From positions 35,588,001 to 35,652,000 of the forward strand of contig NC_043003.1 of assembly GCF_006345805.1 (NCBI RefSeq): a stretch of 64,000 nucleotides of DNA. Reading direction: 5' to 3'. Positions within the stretch are counted from its first letter, which is position 1. Each line of letters starts with the position of its first letter. The notes beneath the pieces are model-generated. The model searched no databases, was not told the DNA's origin, and saw only the letters and a program-made list of their open reading frames with translations. Made by a program: the position numbers and the translations under genes. The DNA comes from Octopus sinensis. Lineage: Eukaryota. Shown piece by piece: positions 41,150-54,924 of this stretch.

Positions 41150-42185
41150 TAATCTACTTTTGTGATGTAACTCAATTATATTTCCTGTGTGAAAGTCAAT
41201 GTATGAAAAGTGGTCTTTATCTAATGTAATTCTGAGAAGGATTAAGCTGATAGATTTCCATACTGACTTCTGATGAAGAAGTTAAATTCAACAATGTGAG
41301 GCGTTGGAGCATTCATCAAAGGAGCAGTGCAGCCACTGCACACAATGATAACCAATATTATTCTGGAATTGTAGTAATCTACGGAATTACAATTCTATGT
41401 AGAACCTTAAAGAAATACAGAAATTCAAGCTAAATGAAATATTTTCACTACACACAAATAAATGATTGTTGAGATTCCGAACCAACTTGTTTTGGCCATA
41501 GGGAGTCTTTAGAGGAATTCACTTTATTGCAAACATTTAGACCGGCTAACCGGTTTTCTCAAGTTCCCCCATTGATATTGGCATGGTTCTTTACATGCTC
41601 GGCAGCAAAGCGCATCGCTTTCTTAAGGGCTGGTAAATGCCATGAGCCCATAGCCTCTTTCTTGTATAGCATGTGAATATAAGGCTGATCTTCGAACATT
41701 GATTTACTGAAGACTTCAAATATCAGGTCAGTACACCTGATATAGTTTTAGATACGAAATCTCTCTGAAAGAGGAAATATGAAAAGTATTCAAAGAATTT
41801 TTAATGTTGCAAAACGCTTCTGACTCCAATCTAAATACATCACTGGAATTTACTGAATATAATTTTAACTTGCGAGGTTCACAATATAGACCAACAAACG
41901 AATACAGCAATGAATATCCAGTGTTGTAGATGAGAATTTGGGTTCCCTTCTAGTTTAGTCTCTGTTTCCCTCAGTCTCTTGCATGTCTCCCAGGACTTGG
42001 ACAATTTATGGAGATGCAGAAACTTACTTTCAAATAAGGGTCTTGACATTTCTACACACCTGAGGCTGCGACCTTCATCGGGCCCAAATATCTTGCTCCG
42101 AATTACTTCCGTATCATTCTAATAGGAATGTGTTGTAGGGGTATTATTGACACCCAAAATTCTGCATGAGCCTTGCTGATTTTAA
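41150..42185 (-). mobile_element. Decayed L1/Tx1-like LINE ORF2 3' part
   Basis: RILGV...SY*ND...IRSKI (RT thumb-like), MLYKKEAMGSWHLPAL (GGLG-like region) and FKVLHRIV (zinc-finger region) in the expected order. Confidence 0.5.
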
Positions 42186-42829
42186 TTATATTTATTGTAA
42201 ATCAGAAATGGCTCTCTTCGGCTATGACTGAACATTTATAATTATATATGTACACATGCATGAATTTATGTATGTTTTTAATTATGTAAGTAAGATAAAT
42301 ATATTTGTTGTTTTTTACATGTATTTGTGCAATTCTAATCCATTTAAACCTACAGTTACCATCCCTAAAAAGCGGAGATACAAAAAAATACTTATTTCTT
42401 ATACACGCGAGTATACATACACATATGTAAGCATGGATATATATATATATATATATGGAGAGAAATAGAAAGAGAGAGATGCATACATACGTATGGGTGA
42501 CAAGGTGTGTATCTGTGTGATCATATACTGTAAAATGTTGTTCTTTTATGTTGTATGCATGTCTGAACACACATGCATAATGCTGGTAATATGAAACGCA
42601 TGGCAACTCATTGTCTTATCATCCGTTTATCGACGGTTGAATTGGCAGTAGCAACATGATTAGAAACCTAGCCAGACAGAAGCAACACTTATCAAAGATA
42701 AGATGATGCCAACATTAGTTACTGTTCAACACTAATGCACGTAAATATACAAGTGCTCAAGCTGTTGAAATAACCCTCAGAGAGAACAGCAAGAGTGTTG
42801 AGTAATTTTGTGCTATTTAGCCGTGAAAA

Positions 42830-44501
42830 AATCGGTTTTTCTGGAAGAAATACAAATAAGCATGGAGTAAATTGTGTTTAAAGCCCGTTTCACATCCTTA
42901 GGCCTCGAACATTTTCAGTATTCTTTGTTTTTGTAGTTTAGATCATTGTGATTAGCCGAGAAGTTCTTTAGCGCATCTTTAAAACAAATCCATGACTCTG
43001 TTTCAGAATCACTAAGAGGGTTTTCAAAACTTTCATCCTTGATGAGTTTCTCTGAAAAGACACCCTTAGTGTCAGGTAGCGCAGGAAACTTGACACGCAA
43101 ATATTTCAAGTCCACTCCATCCTGTAACATAGCTTTTATGAAATGCTCAATGAGACAAATTTTCTAAAATATGGAAACATCAAAGGAAAGCTTCTCGGAT
43201 CAAATAAATTTTTAGAAAGATATCCTTTGTTCATAGTGTAACCATATCCTTACTTGGCCCTTCTTTTTTAGATTAATGGATGGTCTGGCTCTGCTGTCCC
43301 ATTCACACAAGAAACAAGGAAACCTTGTGTAGCTTGACTGTTCTCCAAGTAACAAGCAATTTATTTCATCGTTTGTGAGATTAACTCCCTATTTTTATGT
43401 TTCCAGCATCATCATTGAGTGTCCAACAGAGATGGAACTATACATCAGCTTCAAGACTTCTATTTGAAGAGTCACTAAATAATCTTTATTCATCACTGCT
43501 GTAACTCATGCAAAGCTTTTTATTAGTCATGATGGATCTCTTCAACGAAGCAAAAGATTTTCTAAAGAGAAACAAAGAATATGTTTTATGTGGTTACGAT
43601 AACAATAGAATTATATGCGAGAAGCTAAAAGATACTTAAATTTAAGCCTGGAACCTAACAGCTCTGACATCTTTGCGACCATTAAGTCCCTCACCGGATC
43701 ATTTAATTCACACTGATTGAGGAGTTGATGTTCTTCTCCTTCACTGATATTGAAGACTTCACTATCACTGATATTTCTTCCTTGTGACTCAAAACTCAAG
43801 TGTAAGTCTTCAATGAGCAACAAGTCACAATGCAGATAGGAGATTTGAATAAACAATGTTTTTCTCACTATTCGAATTGTGTCCTTGAACCTCAAATGTG
43901 GAAAGTAGCAATCATCAGTATGATGTTTAGGCTGTCTCCATATAATTGGAACCCAAAATGAAAAGATTTCGTTGTACGTTGTGTCCATCGTCTTAGCTCT
44001 TTGACACATATTAAGTAGGCCTTATGAGGAATCCACTCCTTATATTGGTCTCCTATTTTAAGACCATAGAAGTCATAGTATGATCTTTTGACAAATTTCG
44101 AAATGTTTCTAACGTTTCTTAGTCAAAACCTCGATACAAACATAACAAAAGTTATCCGGGCTTGCTCCACATCTAGAAGGCATCCTTTCTTCAAATGATG
44201 TGGCGGTCTCTAAGTAAAGGGAAATAGATATTTTTGAACGGCATATATTTGATTTTCCATCTAAATTTATAGATATTAATAAAGACGCATTGAAATGTAA
44301 CATAAGAATCTATAAAACAATATATGTAGCATGCATGCATTGGAGAAAGTCATGAGGAAGTAACTGAAATAAAACAAAAACGATATCTACATTTAAGAAA
44401 CTGTACTTGATAAAATATTTTCTATCTAATTTTTGAAATCAGATAAAATTGATCTGTTTCACCCAAAATGTGTGAAACGAGTTTTTGCTCGCAGACCTGT
44501 G
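42830..44501 (-). mobile_element. Chapaev3-like (CMC) DNA transposon remnant
   Basis: MPSRCGASPDNFCYVC, VPIIWRQPKHHTDDCYF, ESSQAGYTRFPCFLCEWDSR-like and KYLRVKFP...KNFS motifs; terminus ...CCTGTG followed by TAA at 44501; superfamily name is from recall. Confidence 0.65.
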
Positions 44502-45149
44502 TAATTCTTAACTTGTAAATACTAGGTTGAAAATCCTATTGTAGTAAAAACCGAAGGCTGCCCGCAAAAACGTCCTCAGTCTTAGATGCTATTACTTGTT
44601 TACGTGTGCTCAGAGATCCCTTGTTTAGAAAAATAATATTTCTCCTAAGACATCAGTAATAGATGTGTGCGTGTTTGGGTGGGTATAAATATAATATATG
44701 CGTTTATGCATGTATATATAAAATAAATATTTGTACAAAACCTCAAACACTCACATACATACCAACTGACATACATACATACATACAACATACATACATA
44801 CATACATACATACATACATACATACATACAGACATACATACATACATAGACACATACATATGTGTCTATGTATACATGTAGATTATACTCATGTTTGAAT
44901 ATCCAAACAGATGCGAATCGTATCAAATACGTACATTTCACCGTTCATTTAAAATTGGTTCTAATTGTTTAACATTCGCAGTTGTCTCCCCTCCCATTTT
45001 TAACTATGCCCTCCATCTACATAACAGTTTGTCCCTATCATTGAAAGCGTCAATTTAAGCAATTAAAAGTTCTGCTTGATAGAACATGTATGGTAACAGT
45101 CGCTTAAGTAGTATCTTACATACCTGCTATACACAGAAACAGAAATATC

Positions 45150-45225
<76 letters not shown>

Positions 45226-45653
45226 GTGTTTGTGTGTGTGTGTGTGTGTGTATACATACATATATAAATACTACACAGACACGCAGCGATATTTTGAGAG
45301 AGGGAAAGGGTGAGATAGAAAGACAGACAGACAGAGAAAGGTATGATTAGATATACATATCGTCATAAATAAATATATATATATATATATATATGTCAAA
45401 CTGAATATATATACCCGTTATCATGTGCACGTATATTACCATACGCACGTACATACCTCAACTAAGACCATTGTGTGTTTTTACACACAAACGCAGACAC
45501 CTACCATTCACACGTCACACACATATAACCCTATATGTTTGTAGGTATCCGTATATATATGTATATATGTATATTTATATATATATATATATATACTTAT
45601 TTATATATATATATATATATAATATATATATATATAATATATATGTATGTATG

Positions 45654-45691
<38 letters not shown>

Positions 45692-47067
45692 GTACACGAG
45701 CGTGTGTGTGTGCGCATACCGATATATGTATGTATGTATATATATAAGTATATGTATGCGTGTGTGTATGTGTGCGTGTATGTGTGTGTAAGTTCACACA
45801 CACTCAATACACATTCATGCACACATAAAATACACGTCTGTCTACATAAATAAATACATAACAAGTCATAAATATAATTATGTAAATATTCATATAGTTG
45901 AAAAGATATTCCCGTGAAATCAAAACTACCATTTTACTTCATGGCAAATTTTCGTGGTTATGGTGGTGAATGGTGGTTGTTGTTTACATTGGAAATTATT
46001 AAAAAGTTTACTGCTTCTTTTCAACTCTATCTAGCCTCAAACATCAAATGAAATTAACACTTTGCTCTTTTTGGTATTATCGTTTATGTTTTTATTTTGT
46101 TTCGTTTTGTTGTGTTTTGTTTTTACTTTTTACCTTCGCTCTTCACTTTTATCCCAAAGTTGATTTTATTACAAACTCTTTCTGTGTCATTAGGGATATG
46201 AGAATCGTTGGCCAAGTTTGTGTATGTATGGTGCTCTTTTGATATTCAGCTCCAATATGAACGGAGAATAAATACGAGAGAAAACTGCTTATTCAATTTT
46301 CTTTTTTTCTTCTTTTCCTTTTTCTCATATTCTTTTTTCCATTTTTATTTTTGTTTTCTAATCATTTCCCGTAGTTTTCTTTGTTTTGTTTGCTTTTCTT
46401 TCTTTAAGGTTGCCCTAAAGGTGCATCAGAAAAATATGTACACGAGATACACCAATCTATTTGGGGTTATTTATTTCATTTTCTTCTTTCTATTTTCTTT
46501 TTGATTATTTTCTTCCTTTTTTTCATTAAATAATTTATTTGGTTACTAAAATATAAACTTTGAAATCCAATATTTACTTAGATTGTCACGCTAGAGTTAC
46601 ATCTGTTTTCCACTGTTTTCCTATTCCACTTACCTGCTAGATTGAAATATTGAAAAATGTCATATTTATACTCACACAAAATACGTCACATACGCAAAAT
46701 ATGGACACACATAATACACGGAGATTCTCTATATTCCTACTCATCGTACACTCCCACTTATTCTCCCACATACATAAACACACACGTACATATATATATA
46801 TAGGCACGTCCACATCTACACACACATCTGTGCGTGAGAGATTGGGTGCATGCAAAACATGCGTAAATGGTGCAACACACATTCTCTTGCCGTCTCAACA
46901 CACTCATATTTATGTGTATGCGTGTGTTAAGATATATATATGTGTGTAGATGTTTGTGTGTGCGTGTGCTTGTATGTGTGTCTGTGTGCTTGTGTGTGTC
47001 TGTGTGTTTAAGGCATAGATAAGCATTAAACATATATATACACATATGTATTTTTTTTACATATGTA

Positions 47068-47152
<85 letters not shown>

Positions 47153-47379
47153 AAATAAAATTATACACATATAAACACACACGTGCCAATGCACACCTAC
47201 TGTACACACAAACATACGCACACGCGCACACACGCGTACACACACACATACACATATCGACACACATGCCCGCGTACACACTCATACGCTCATGTACACA
47301 GATGCATGCACCCATATGCTCATAGACACACACACACACACACATACACATACTACCACACGCACATCTTTCCATCCTC

Positions 47380-47530
47380 CTGCTTTAAAAAACAACACTT
47401 TCTCTATCTCTCTCCACTACCGGTCATTTCAGCCAGGCAATCACAACGTGCTTTTTCTGAACTTTCTCTTTCCTTGGACTTTTCAATTCACCTTTTTCTG
47501 ACGAGTACTCTACTCGAAACTCAAAACGCC
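47380..47530 (+). mobile_element. Probable PLE terminal fragment with decayed hammerhead-like motif
   Basis: TTTT-CTGACGA-GTACTCTACTC-GAAACTC-AAAA at 47493-47526. Confidence 0.4.
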
Positions 47531-47737
47531 CACACTTTTCCCACCCTTTAACAAGGTTATCCCATATGTAGGTTCACTTGTTTTGTTATTTGTTATTTTT
47601 AATGTTGGATTGTTAATATTCAACATTCAACGTACAATTGTTCAATTTTACTATATACATACATACGTATGTATGTGTAAAGTGTACAAATATCTATATA
47701 TATATGTGTGTGCCTGTATCGATATTTGTGTATATAT

Positions 47738-47771
<34 letters not shown>

Positions 47772-47782
47772 CATATATACAC

Positions 47783-47884
<102 letters not shown>

Positions 47885-48485
47885 CATACGTATATGCTAT
47901 AGCTCGGGATTCAGAGCCGCACACCTGTCTAACGCCTTTGCCAAAACCACTGAGGGATCTTCATGGATTAGTTGTAGATGTTTTCCAGAAAGAACTTGAC
48001 CTCTGGCCATCCAAGGTCTCGAATGAACCAATATCAAGAAGCAAGAGACTCAAAAAAGGGCAACGGTTTTTTTCACCAAGAGCTAATAACAGGAAATTGG
48101 TCATTGAAAAGGTGAGTTCACTGGAGGTGCTCCAGTATGGCCACAACCGTAGGGCTGAAACGTTTGAATGAATAAAGATTCTATATATATTTATATTCAT
48201 ACATACATCCATATATATAAATATATATATATATATGTGTGGTGTGTGTGTGTGTGTGTGTGTGTTATAATGGAATAATTACTACGATGTATTTTTGTAG
48301 AATATTCTTCTGATTTACCTTGCATTTACTTCGCATTGTTTTGGCCTTACGATCTTTTAAGCAACATATATATATATGCAAGTACATATATATATATAAT
48401 ATATATGCATATATATGTATATATGTATTTGTATATATATATATATACATGCATACGTGTACATATACATATACACACATATATA

Positions 48486-48523
<38 letters not shown>

Positions 48524-48574
48524 ATATATATATATATATAGATGTATATATATATACATATATATATATGCATA

Positions 48575-48905
48575 TAAGGGTACAGGACATCACAAACCGT
48601 AAACAACCTGAGATACAAAAGCAAATGAGTTGATACGCAATCAACGAGAGAAACAAATTAAAAACAGGACAATTAGCATAAAGAACGACCCTTCATCAGT
48701 TATCAGTTGTCCATGTACACCTCATTTCAGTCGCCATAATTGACCTTTAACTCCAAAAGTTTTTCTATTCTCTCTCTCTTTATTTCCTTATGTTCCTCTC
48801 TGTTGTAGAACGTATGCTCGAAATGTAAAAAACTTTCTCACCACCCCGAGCGTCTACCTAATACACCTGCCTTCGTCTTTTGCTTTTCTGTAAATTTCAA
48901 CTATA
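48575..48905. mobile_element. Two different PLE-type terminal repeats in divergent orientation
   Basis: Left (-) carries GAAA...CTGATGAAG like 58286-58323; right (+) matches the 57440-57600 element including CACCTGCCTTCGTCTTTTG. Confidence 0.5.
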
Positions 48906-50762
48906 TATATATATATTATATGCCTTGTTTTAACTCGCGGCACTCTGAGAATCTTTATAATCCACCACACTATTGCGACCACCGGAAAACACAAACAGTA
49001 TATACATTAAGTATACGTAGTTAATAATAATTATTGTACTAGAACTGCTTGTATTTCATATGTGTGTGTATGTGTGTGTATGTGTGCGTGTATCCAGAAT
49101 CCGCTCGCCAAAATTATGTGTGTGTCCGTGCACAACAGAAGAATGCGCGCGCGAGCGTATATGCATGCAAGTGCATGTGTGTACGTGTGTATGTGTACAT
49201 TAACAATATTAGTCATGGTGACCTAACAATAATATTTGACTGGGGCTCATCTGGATGCGACCAGAATATGCTCTAATGGTAAATTTCCTTTACTGTCCTG
49301 AGTCTGTCATTTCACTTTTGTCAGACCGTCTACGGTTTAACTCAGGCATAACATCAGAAAAGAAAGACAATCTTCTTGGGTTTTTTTTTGTTCCAAATAG
49401 CGCTGCAAGATATCTTGCGTCACAGAACTAAATTTCTGCACACACATAACTTCCTAGCACTGTGTAACAATTAATTTTTTTTCTTTATTTTGTCTTTGAT
49501 CAGTAAGTGTTATTTCCTACTTGCTTCTATCTAGAAATTAAAGAAAATACTACTGTTCTCATCAATAAATTTTTGTAAACTGGACATTAATATTTCGAAA
49601 CTGACCTATTTTCCATTACATTTCATACAGATTCAGCGCTGAGTTGCTGAAGCAGAAATATCGTTATAGCAAATATTCTGCTCAATACCTCAGATTTGCT
49701 TGTCAGTTTCGTGTCTTTAACCACTTTCAAATGTCGCTTAGTGGCTGACAATATGCGCATCTCTGATCATGAGCAGCAGTACTGGGGGAGCATCATAGCC
49801 ATGTGCTGAGAAGGATTCTTTGGGGGTGTGAATAAATGTAACAAAAGCAAAGTTTGAAGGAATATTAACCACTTTTCATACTTTCTAGGGATAAGCAAAT
49901 AGGAAATAACAATTGCTACCCAACGACAATAATCGTGTTACACAATGCTATTTAACACACGATTTTTCTTTACCATTAACAAGATTCTCTTGACTCGATA
50001 TCTATCCTACTCTTATTATTTCGATTGGATATTTATTTGATCTGCGACTGACTCGTCTCTCGCTTTGCATTGCTAATACTCCAATCATTACCTTTGTTTA
50101 TTACTGTTAGTAAGTTATCTCATTTCTTATTATATATTTTTAAGGAAGCAATTTCTTTCCTTTCAATACTTTTAGTTATTGCCTCACAATAACAGTTAAC
50201 GTCGCCATGAGCTATGATCAAAAATGAAGTACACATATTTTTTGATATATTTTATATTTTATCTGGTGAAAAATGAAGAGCATTGTTACTTATATTTTAT
50301 GAACGAACCAATTACATGTTCACTGTAGTAAGGATATCATGACGAGGAATCTATTATGCAACACGGGTGGGACAAACACCACTGGTTCTGTGAGAAAGCA
50401 CCATAATACACCTACACAAACAGGTGCATTCTAAACACACACACACAGACACACACACACACACATACACACACGCACACAGATATACAAGTATATACAG
50501 AATTAGCAATGATTAGAAAACTTCTTCATTATACTAATGGTATTGTTATCTCCTAGTATATAAGATTCTCTGTATGTGTTTTAAAATTAATAAGTTTGAT
50601 TTTTGACATGACAAAAAATGTGCACAAGCGTAGACATTTTTAAAAATAAGGGTTATGATATGCATGCATACATACAAATGCAAAAATGCATTCATAATGC
50701 ATAGATATACACACATACAAATATACATGCATGTCAATAGAAGGTGGTAGGGATTCGCCTTC

Positions 50763-51168
50763 CTGCTCGCAATATAACGGATGCAGGTATGCATCGTTAA
50801 CCAGTTAAAGTAGTTGTCCTCTCGGGGTTAAAAAAATCGCAGTAAAGTCCGTCCGAACGGAACAGCCATGTTGAAGTGGCTGTGAACATTACTTCCTAAT
50901 ACAACTACTGCTTTCATCTGTTAGAGATATTTTAGAGCTAGCTTTTTTGCTTGTAAAATCAGCGACTGTGTGTAGGGGTTAACTCCACTGCTCGCAATAT
51001 ATCGGATGCAGGTATGCATCGTTAACAAGCTGGGGGTTAAAAAATTACAAATTGCAGTAAAGTCCGTTCGAACGGAACAGCCAAGTTGAAATGTCTACGA
51101 ACATTATTTGCTAGTACAGCTATTGCGTTCATCTCTTAGGGAGATTGTAGAACTAACAATTTTGCTTA
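50763..51168. repeat. Diverged tandem direct repeat with about 225-bp offset, origin unknown
   Basis: ctgctcgcaatat..cggatgcaggtatgcatcgttaac and gcagtaaagtccgt.cgaacggaacagcca shared by both copies. Confidence 0.85.
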
Positions 51169-52356
51169 TATATGTATATACAAATTGTATACACGCCACT
51201 TAAACGGTATATACATTCGTAGAAACTATCATCCGCACGTGACAGAAATATCACCGGCAGCTAACGAATCCGTTGCACATGTCTGTAGCTCATAGCATTC
51301 CACAACCTGGTTGAAAATAGGTAGTGGAATATTCATATAAGTGTAATATTGAATTGTGGCCTATTGTCCTACAGTGCTCAATACCGTTTCATTCTAATCC
51401 GTAAGGAAAAATTGGTGCATTAAATTTGCACCCTATCCTTGGGGATAACTGTCTATCATCTGCTTGCTCAACCATATATAAATACGTGATAAGAACCGGC
51501 CAAATGGAAATGCAAGATAATAAAACATGATGTAATAGCGTGTGATATATTATCACATAATCTCTTACGATATAAATATATATATGTTTGTACTTGTATA
51601 CTTAAACATAGATGTATACACGTGTATAATGGTGCGTGTATGTATATGAATATGTGTATGCGTGCGTGCGTGCGTGCGTGTGTGAGTGCAGAAAGAGCGA
51701 GAGGGAAAGAAAGAAAGAATCATATTCCATTATATATAATATATGCCTGGATATTTGGATATATTAAATGTCTGTACGTTGACGCATGTGTTTGTGTACG
51801 TATAGATGCGTGTGTATGCAAGCATTCGTATACAATCTACGTTAATTTCGAATATAAAAATGTCTCAGCTTAAAATTTCATTAAGTAATGGTAGAAGCTC
51901 ATGACAAGTCTAAAACAAAACTATTCTGGGTGTGGGTGTTGAATTATCACTTAAAACGACAGTTTCATTTTCGTTACGCGTCGAGCAATATTTAGAAAGC
52001 AAACACCATATAACCCCATTTTCTAAATGCCACTAACTCAATAATAAGTATGAAATCATACGTCTCTTTCTTGGTAATGCACTCCTACACGCTTTCAAGT
52101 AGAATGGAACGCGGTCACTTGCACGAAAAAATATATACACACGCCACGCATGCACAAACACACGTACAAATATGCCCAGATACACATTTACTTCAGTCAT
52201 ACACACTCATGGATACGAGGTGGTATCAATAGTTTCACAGACTAGTCGTATTTATTTAAAAGAAATAATAACTTATTTACTTAAGTTTTAACAGTATTCG
52301 TCAAAATAGTCACCTTGCATAGCAATGCACTGGTCCCAGCGTTTTTAGAACAAGTA

Positions 52357-53643
52357 TCTAATAATAATTCTGCTTGTCGTTGCGTTACTTAGCGCGTGGC
52401 TAACGCTTTCATGTGATTATAGAAAAAGAGGGAGAAAGAAAAGAGGGAGAGAGAAGCGACCATGACGTGAGGTAAAGGGAGCGTAATTGTAACGCTTTCA
52501 CGTGATTAGTTGAAGGGAAAAGGTGAACAAGAGAAAGAAAAAGGAAAGAGAAAAGAGGATAAAGGGAAGAGTGATGCAGAAAAAGGGAGAAAGAAGTGAG
52601 AGAGAGAATACGGAGAGAGAAGCGTCCATGACATGTGGTAGCAGGAACGTAATAATTATTACGTGGTTAAAAAAGTTAGTTGAAGGTAGTGATATAGATG
52701 ACTTTCAGGAATATAATTTTAGCAGAGGGGTGATGTTCTGATGGTGATATTAAAGAAAGGCAGAGAGAGAGAGAGGTGGTGGTGGTGGTGGTGGGGTGAT
52801 GTGGGGGTGGTGATGGTGAATGCATAGTGAAAAGTAATTTGTTTTTAACTGAATTAAGTTTTTTTCATATCACCTATTACTTAACGTATGCGCATCCCAA
52901 ACTTGCCATTCATTTTAGAAATAAACCATTTTCCCGTTCGCCTGCCATATGCAATGCCTTTCAACAAATCCCAGGCAGACGCTAGATTAAGTGGGGCCGT
53001 TCTTTCCTGAGCCTGTTTTCGACCATGGTCAGCTATATGTTGCATTTTCAACGGCTCACAAATTATCTGATGATGTGAGAGTTAAAGTTATCAACACTGA
53101 CAAAGAAAGGAAAAGAAGAGGGAGAACTTACACGAAGACCATAGTCTGCAAATAAGTATTGGATTGAAAGGTGTACGTAAATTGAAATATATATTGGCTC
53201 TAACCCATCGACTTGGTTTATAAGTTATCAATGATGTGGTTTTCAGAGTTTGCCATTTTGCAATAAATTTTTACCCTAGTGAAATTGTCACCGCTTTATT
53301 TTACATATAAAATAATCTTTTTTACTACAAATTTTTTTGTTTTCTAAATATGAAATTGTGACCATGTAAATTTTAAAATGTAATTTTATTTGTTTATGTG
53401 AATATCTATTTTATGAGTGTTTTTATTAAGTCTGTAAAATTTTGCGAAAACTACAGAAAGTAAAGTTCATTAAGTAAGCATCGTATTCTAGTTTCCTTCA
53501 CTTTTCAATGAATTGCCGATGAGCGACTATCTTTTGATAAAGACACAACACAGGCTACTCTTTCGGGTTTTTTGGATAAACTTTTAAGGAATAACCTAAT
53601 AGGTTTGCTATTAATTCCGTGAAATATTCACAGGTCCCGCTAG
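52357..53643 (+). mobile_element. Non-autonomous Helitron retaining a PIF1-like helicase C-terminal remnant (about 52930-53155)
   Basis: A|TC 5' end, GTGAA/TTCAC hairpin then CTAG|T 3' end, and FPVRLPYAMPFNKSQ / QTLD*VG..FPEPVFDHGQLYVAFS motifs. Confidence 0.8.
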
Positions 53644-53744
53644 TAAAAAGGATATTCTATTACAGTCAAACATATACACAATCATGCACGAGCAGGAGCA
53701 CAAACCCTCTCTGTTTCTATCTATTATAATTTTGCGTAGGAGCA

Positions 53745-54150
53745 TTGTTTGTTTTTGCAATGAGTAAATTGTCGCCATTTTATATTTTTAATTTCGCACA
53801 TGTACATTGTGTGTTTTGGATTTTATCGACTGCACACTGCAAACTCCTTGATTATTATGTGTGGGGCGCAGTTGAGCGAGAGGGCAATAAAACTCTTTGT
53901 AATACTAAATATGGACTGAAGTCAAGGATTATGGCGCAGCATTCACCAACTCAAACAAGGAGATTGTCCAGAAGAGTTGCAGGAGATTCTGAGGCCCAGG
54001 TTTAAACCAATGGCGATTTGACTCAATGAATTTAATTTTAGTATTTCAAGGTAATTTTATGCAATTTTGGTAAATATATATGTCAAAATGAGTTTGTCAG
54101 TGTTATTTTCCTTTTTGCGTAATTTAGACGACAATATATTCATCGCACTC
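53745..54150 (+). mobile_element. Internally deleted maT/mariner copy, same family as 27163-27965
   Basis: Shared end sequences and LLDYYVWGAVERE..KTLCNTK motif. Confidence 0.82.
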
Positions 54151-54924
54151 TGTATATATATAGCTTAAGAACACACAATTAATAGATGTTGCAATCGTTT
54201 GCACATGTACAAATGTACAATTTAATGTTGTTTCTCATCCTTGTTCTTGGGCTAGATACCACATTTTGATTCTATTGACATGTTGTTTTTTAAGAATGAA
54301 CGCGAAAATAAACCAAAAAGAAAATCAAGTTAAACAAATAGAAACAAAAATTGCGATGATCAAACTTCTCCAGAATTTTCCATTTGTTTATCTCAAATTC
54401 TATTTCTCCCAGATATTCTTTCATTCCTTATGAATTGAATAAGTTTTGAATGGCGTGGGAAGAAATGTCTCATAAATTGTAGAACGGCACGACGGACCAG
54501 TGGATATAACAAACGACTGACTGACTTAGTAGCAGGATTTATCGTTAGAACTGAGCTCATAATAACTTACCCAGACAGAAATGGCCGAAACAAATCACTG
54601 AACGCATCGATGATCTGTTCGATAGATTAGTGACTGTTAAGATGACTTGTTAGAAAATCACACATAGATTATGAACTGGTGCGGTTTGAAAATATATTAT
54701 GTTTGAAAATAGGATGAAAACATAAAATATAGCTTGGTTTGAAAAGTATAGAAATTGGGCTGAGGGAAGAAACATCAAATGAAAATCATGAAGAAACGAT
54801 CGGTTGTTGCTTAGCCCTAGGTCAGCCCTGTTTCGAGCGTACATATGATCAAAGGCGTTCTACTTCAGTGTTTATATAGATATATGTGTGAGTGTGTGCG
54901 CGTGTGTGTGGTGTGTGTGTGTGT

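Noticed and set aside
42028-42118. Apparent 91-nt exon NDTEVIRSKIFGPDEGRSLRCVEMSRPLFE with good splice sites
   Set aside because: The frame continues on both sides as L1-like RT thumb sequence (RILGV...SY*ND), so it is better explained as a LINE remnant; exonisation cannot be excluded without RNA data.
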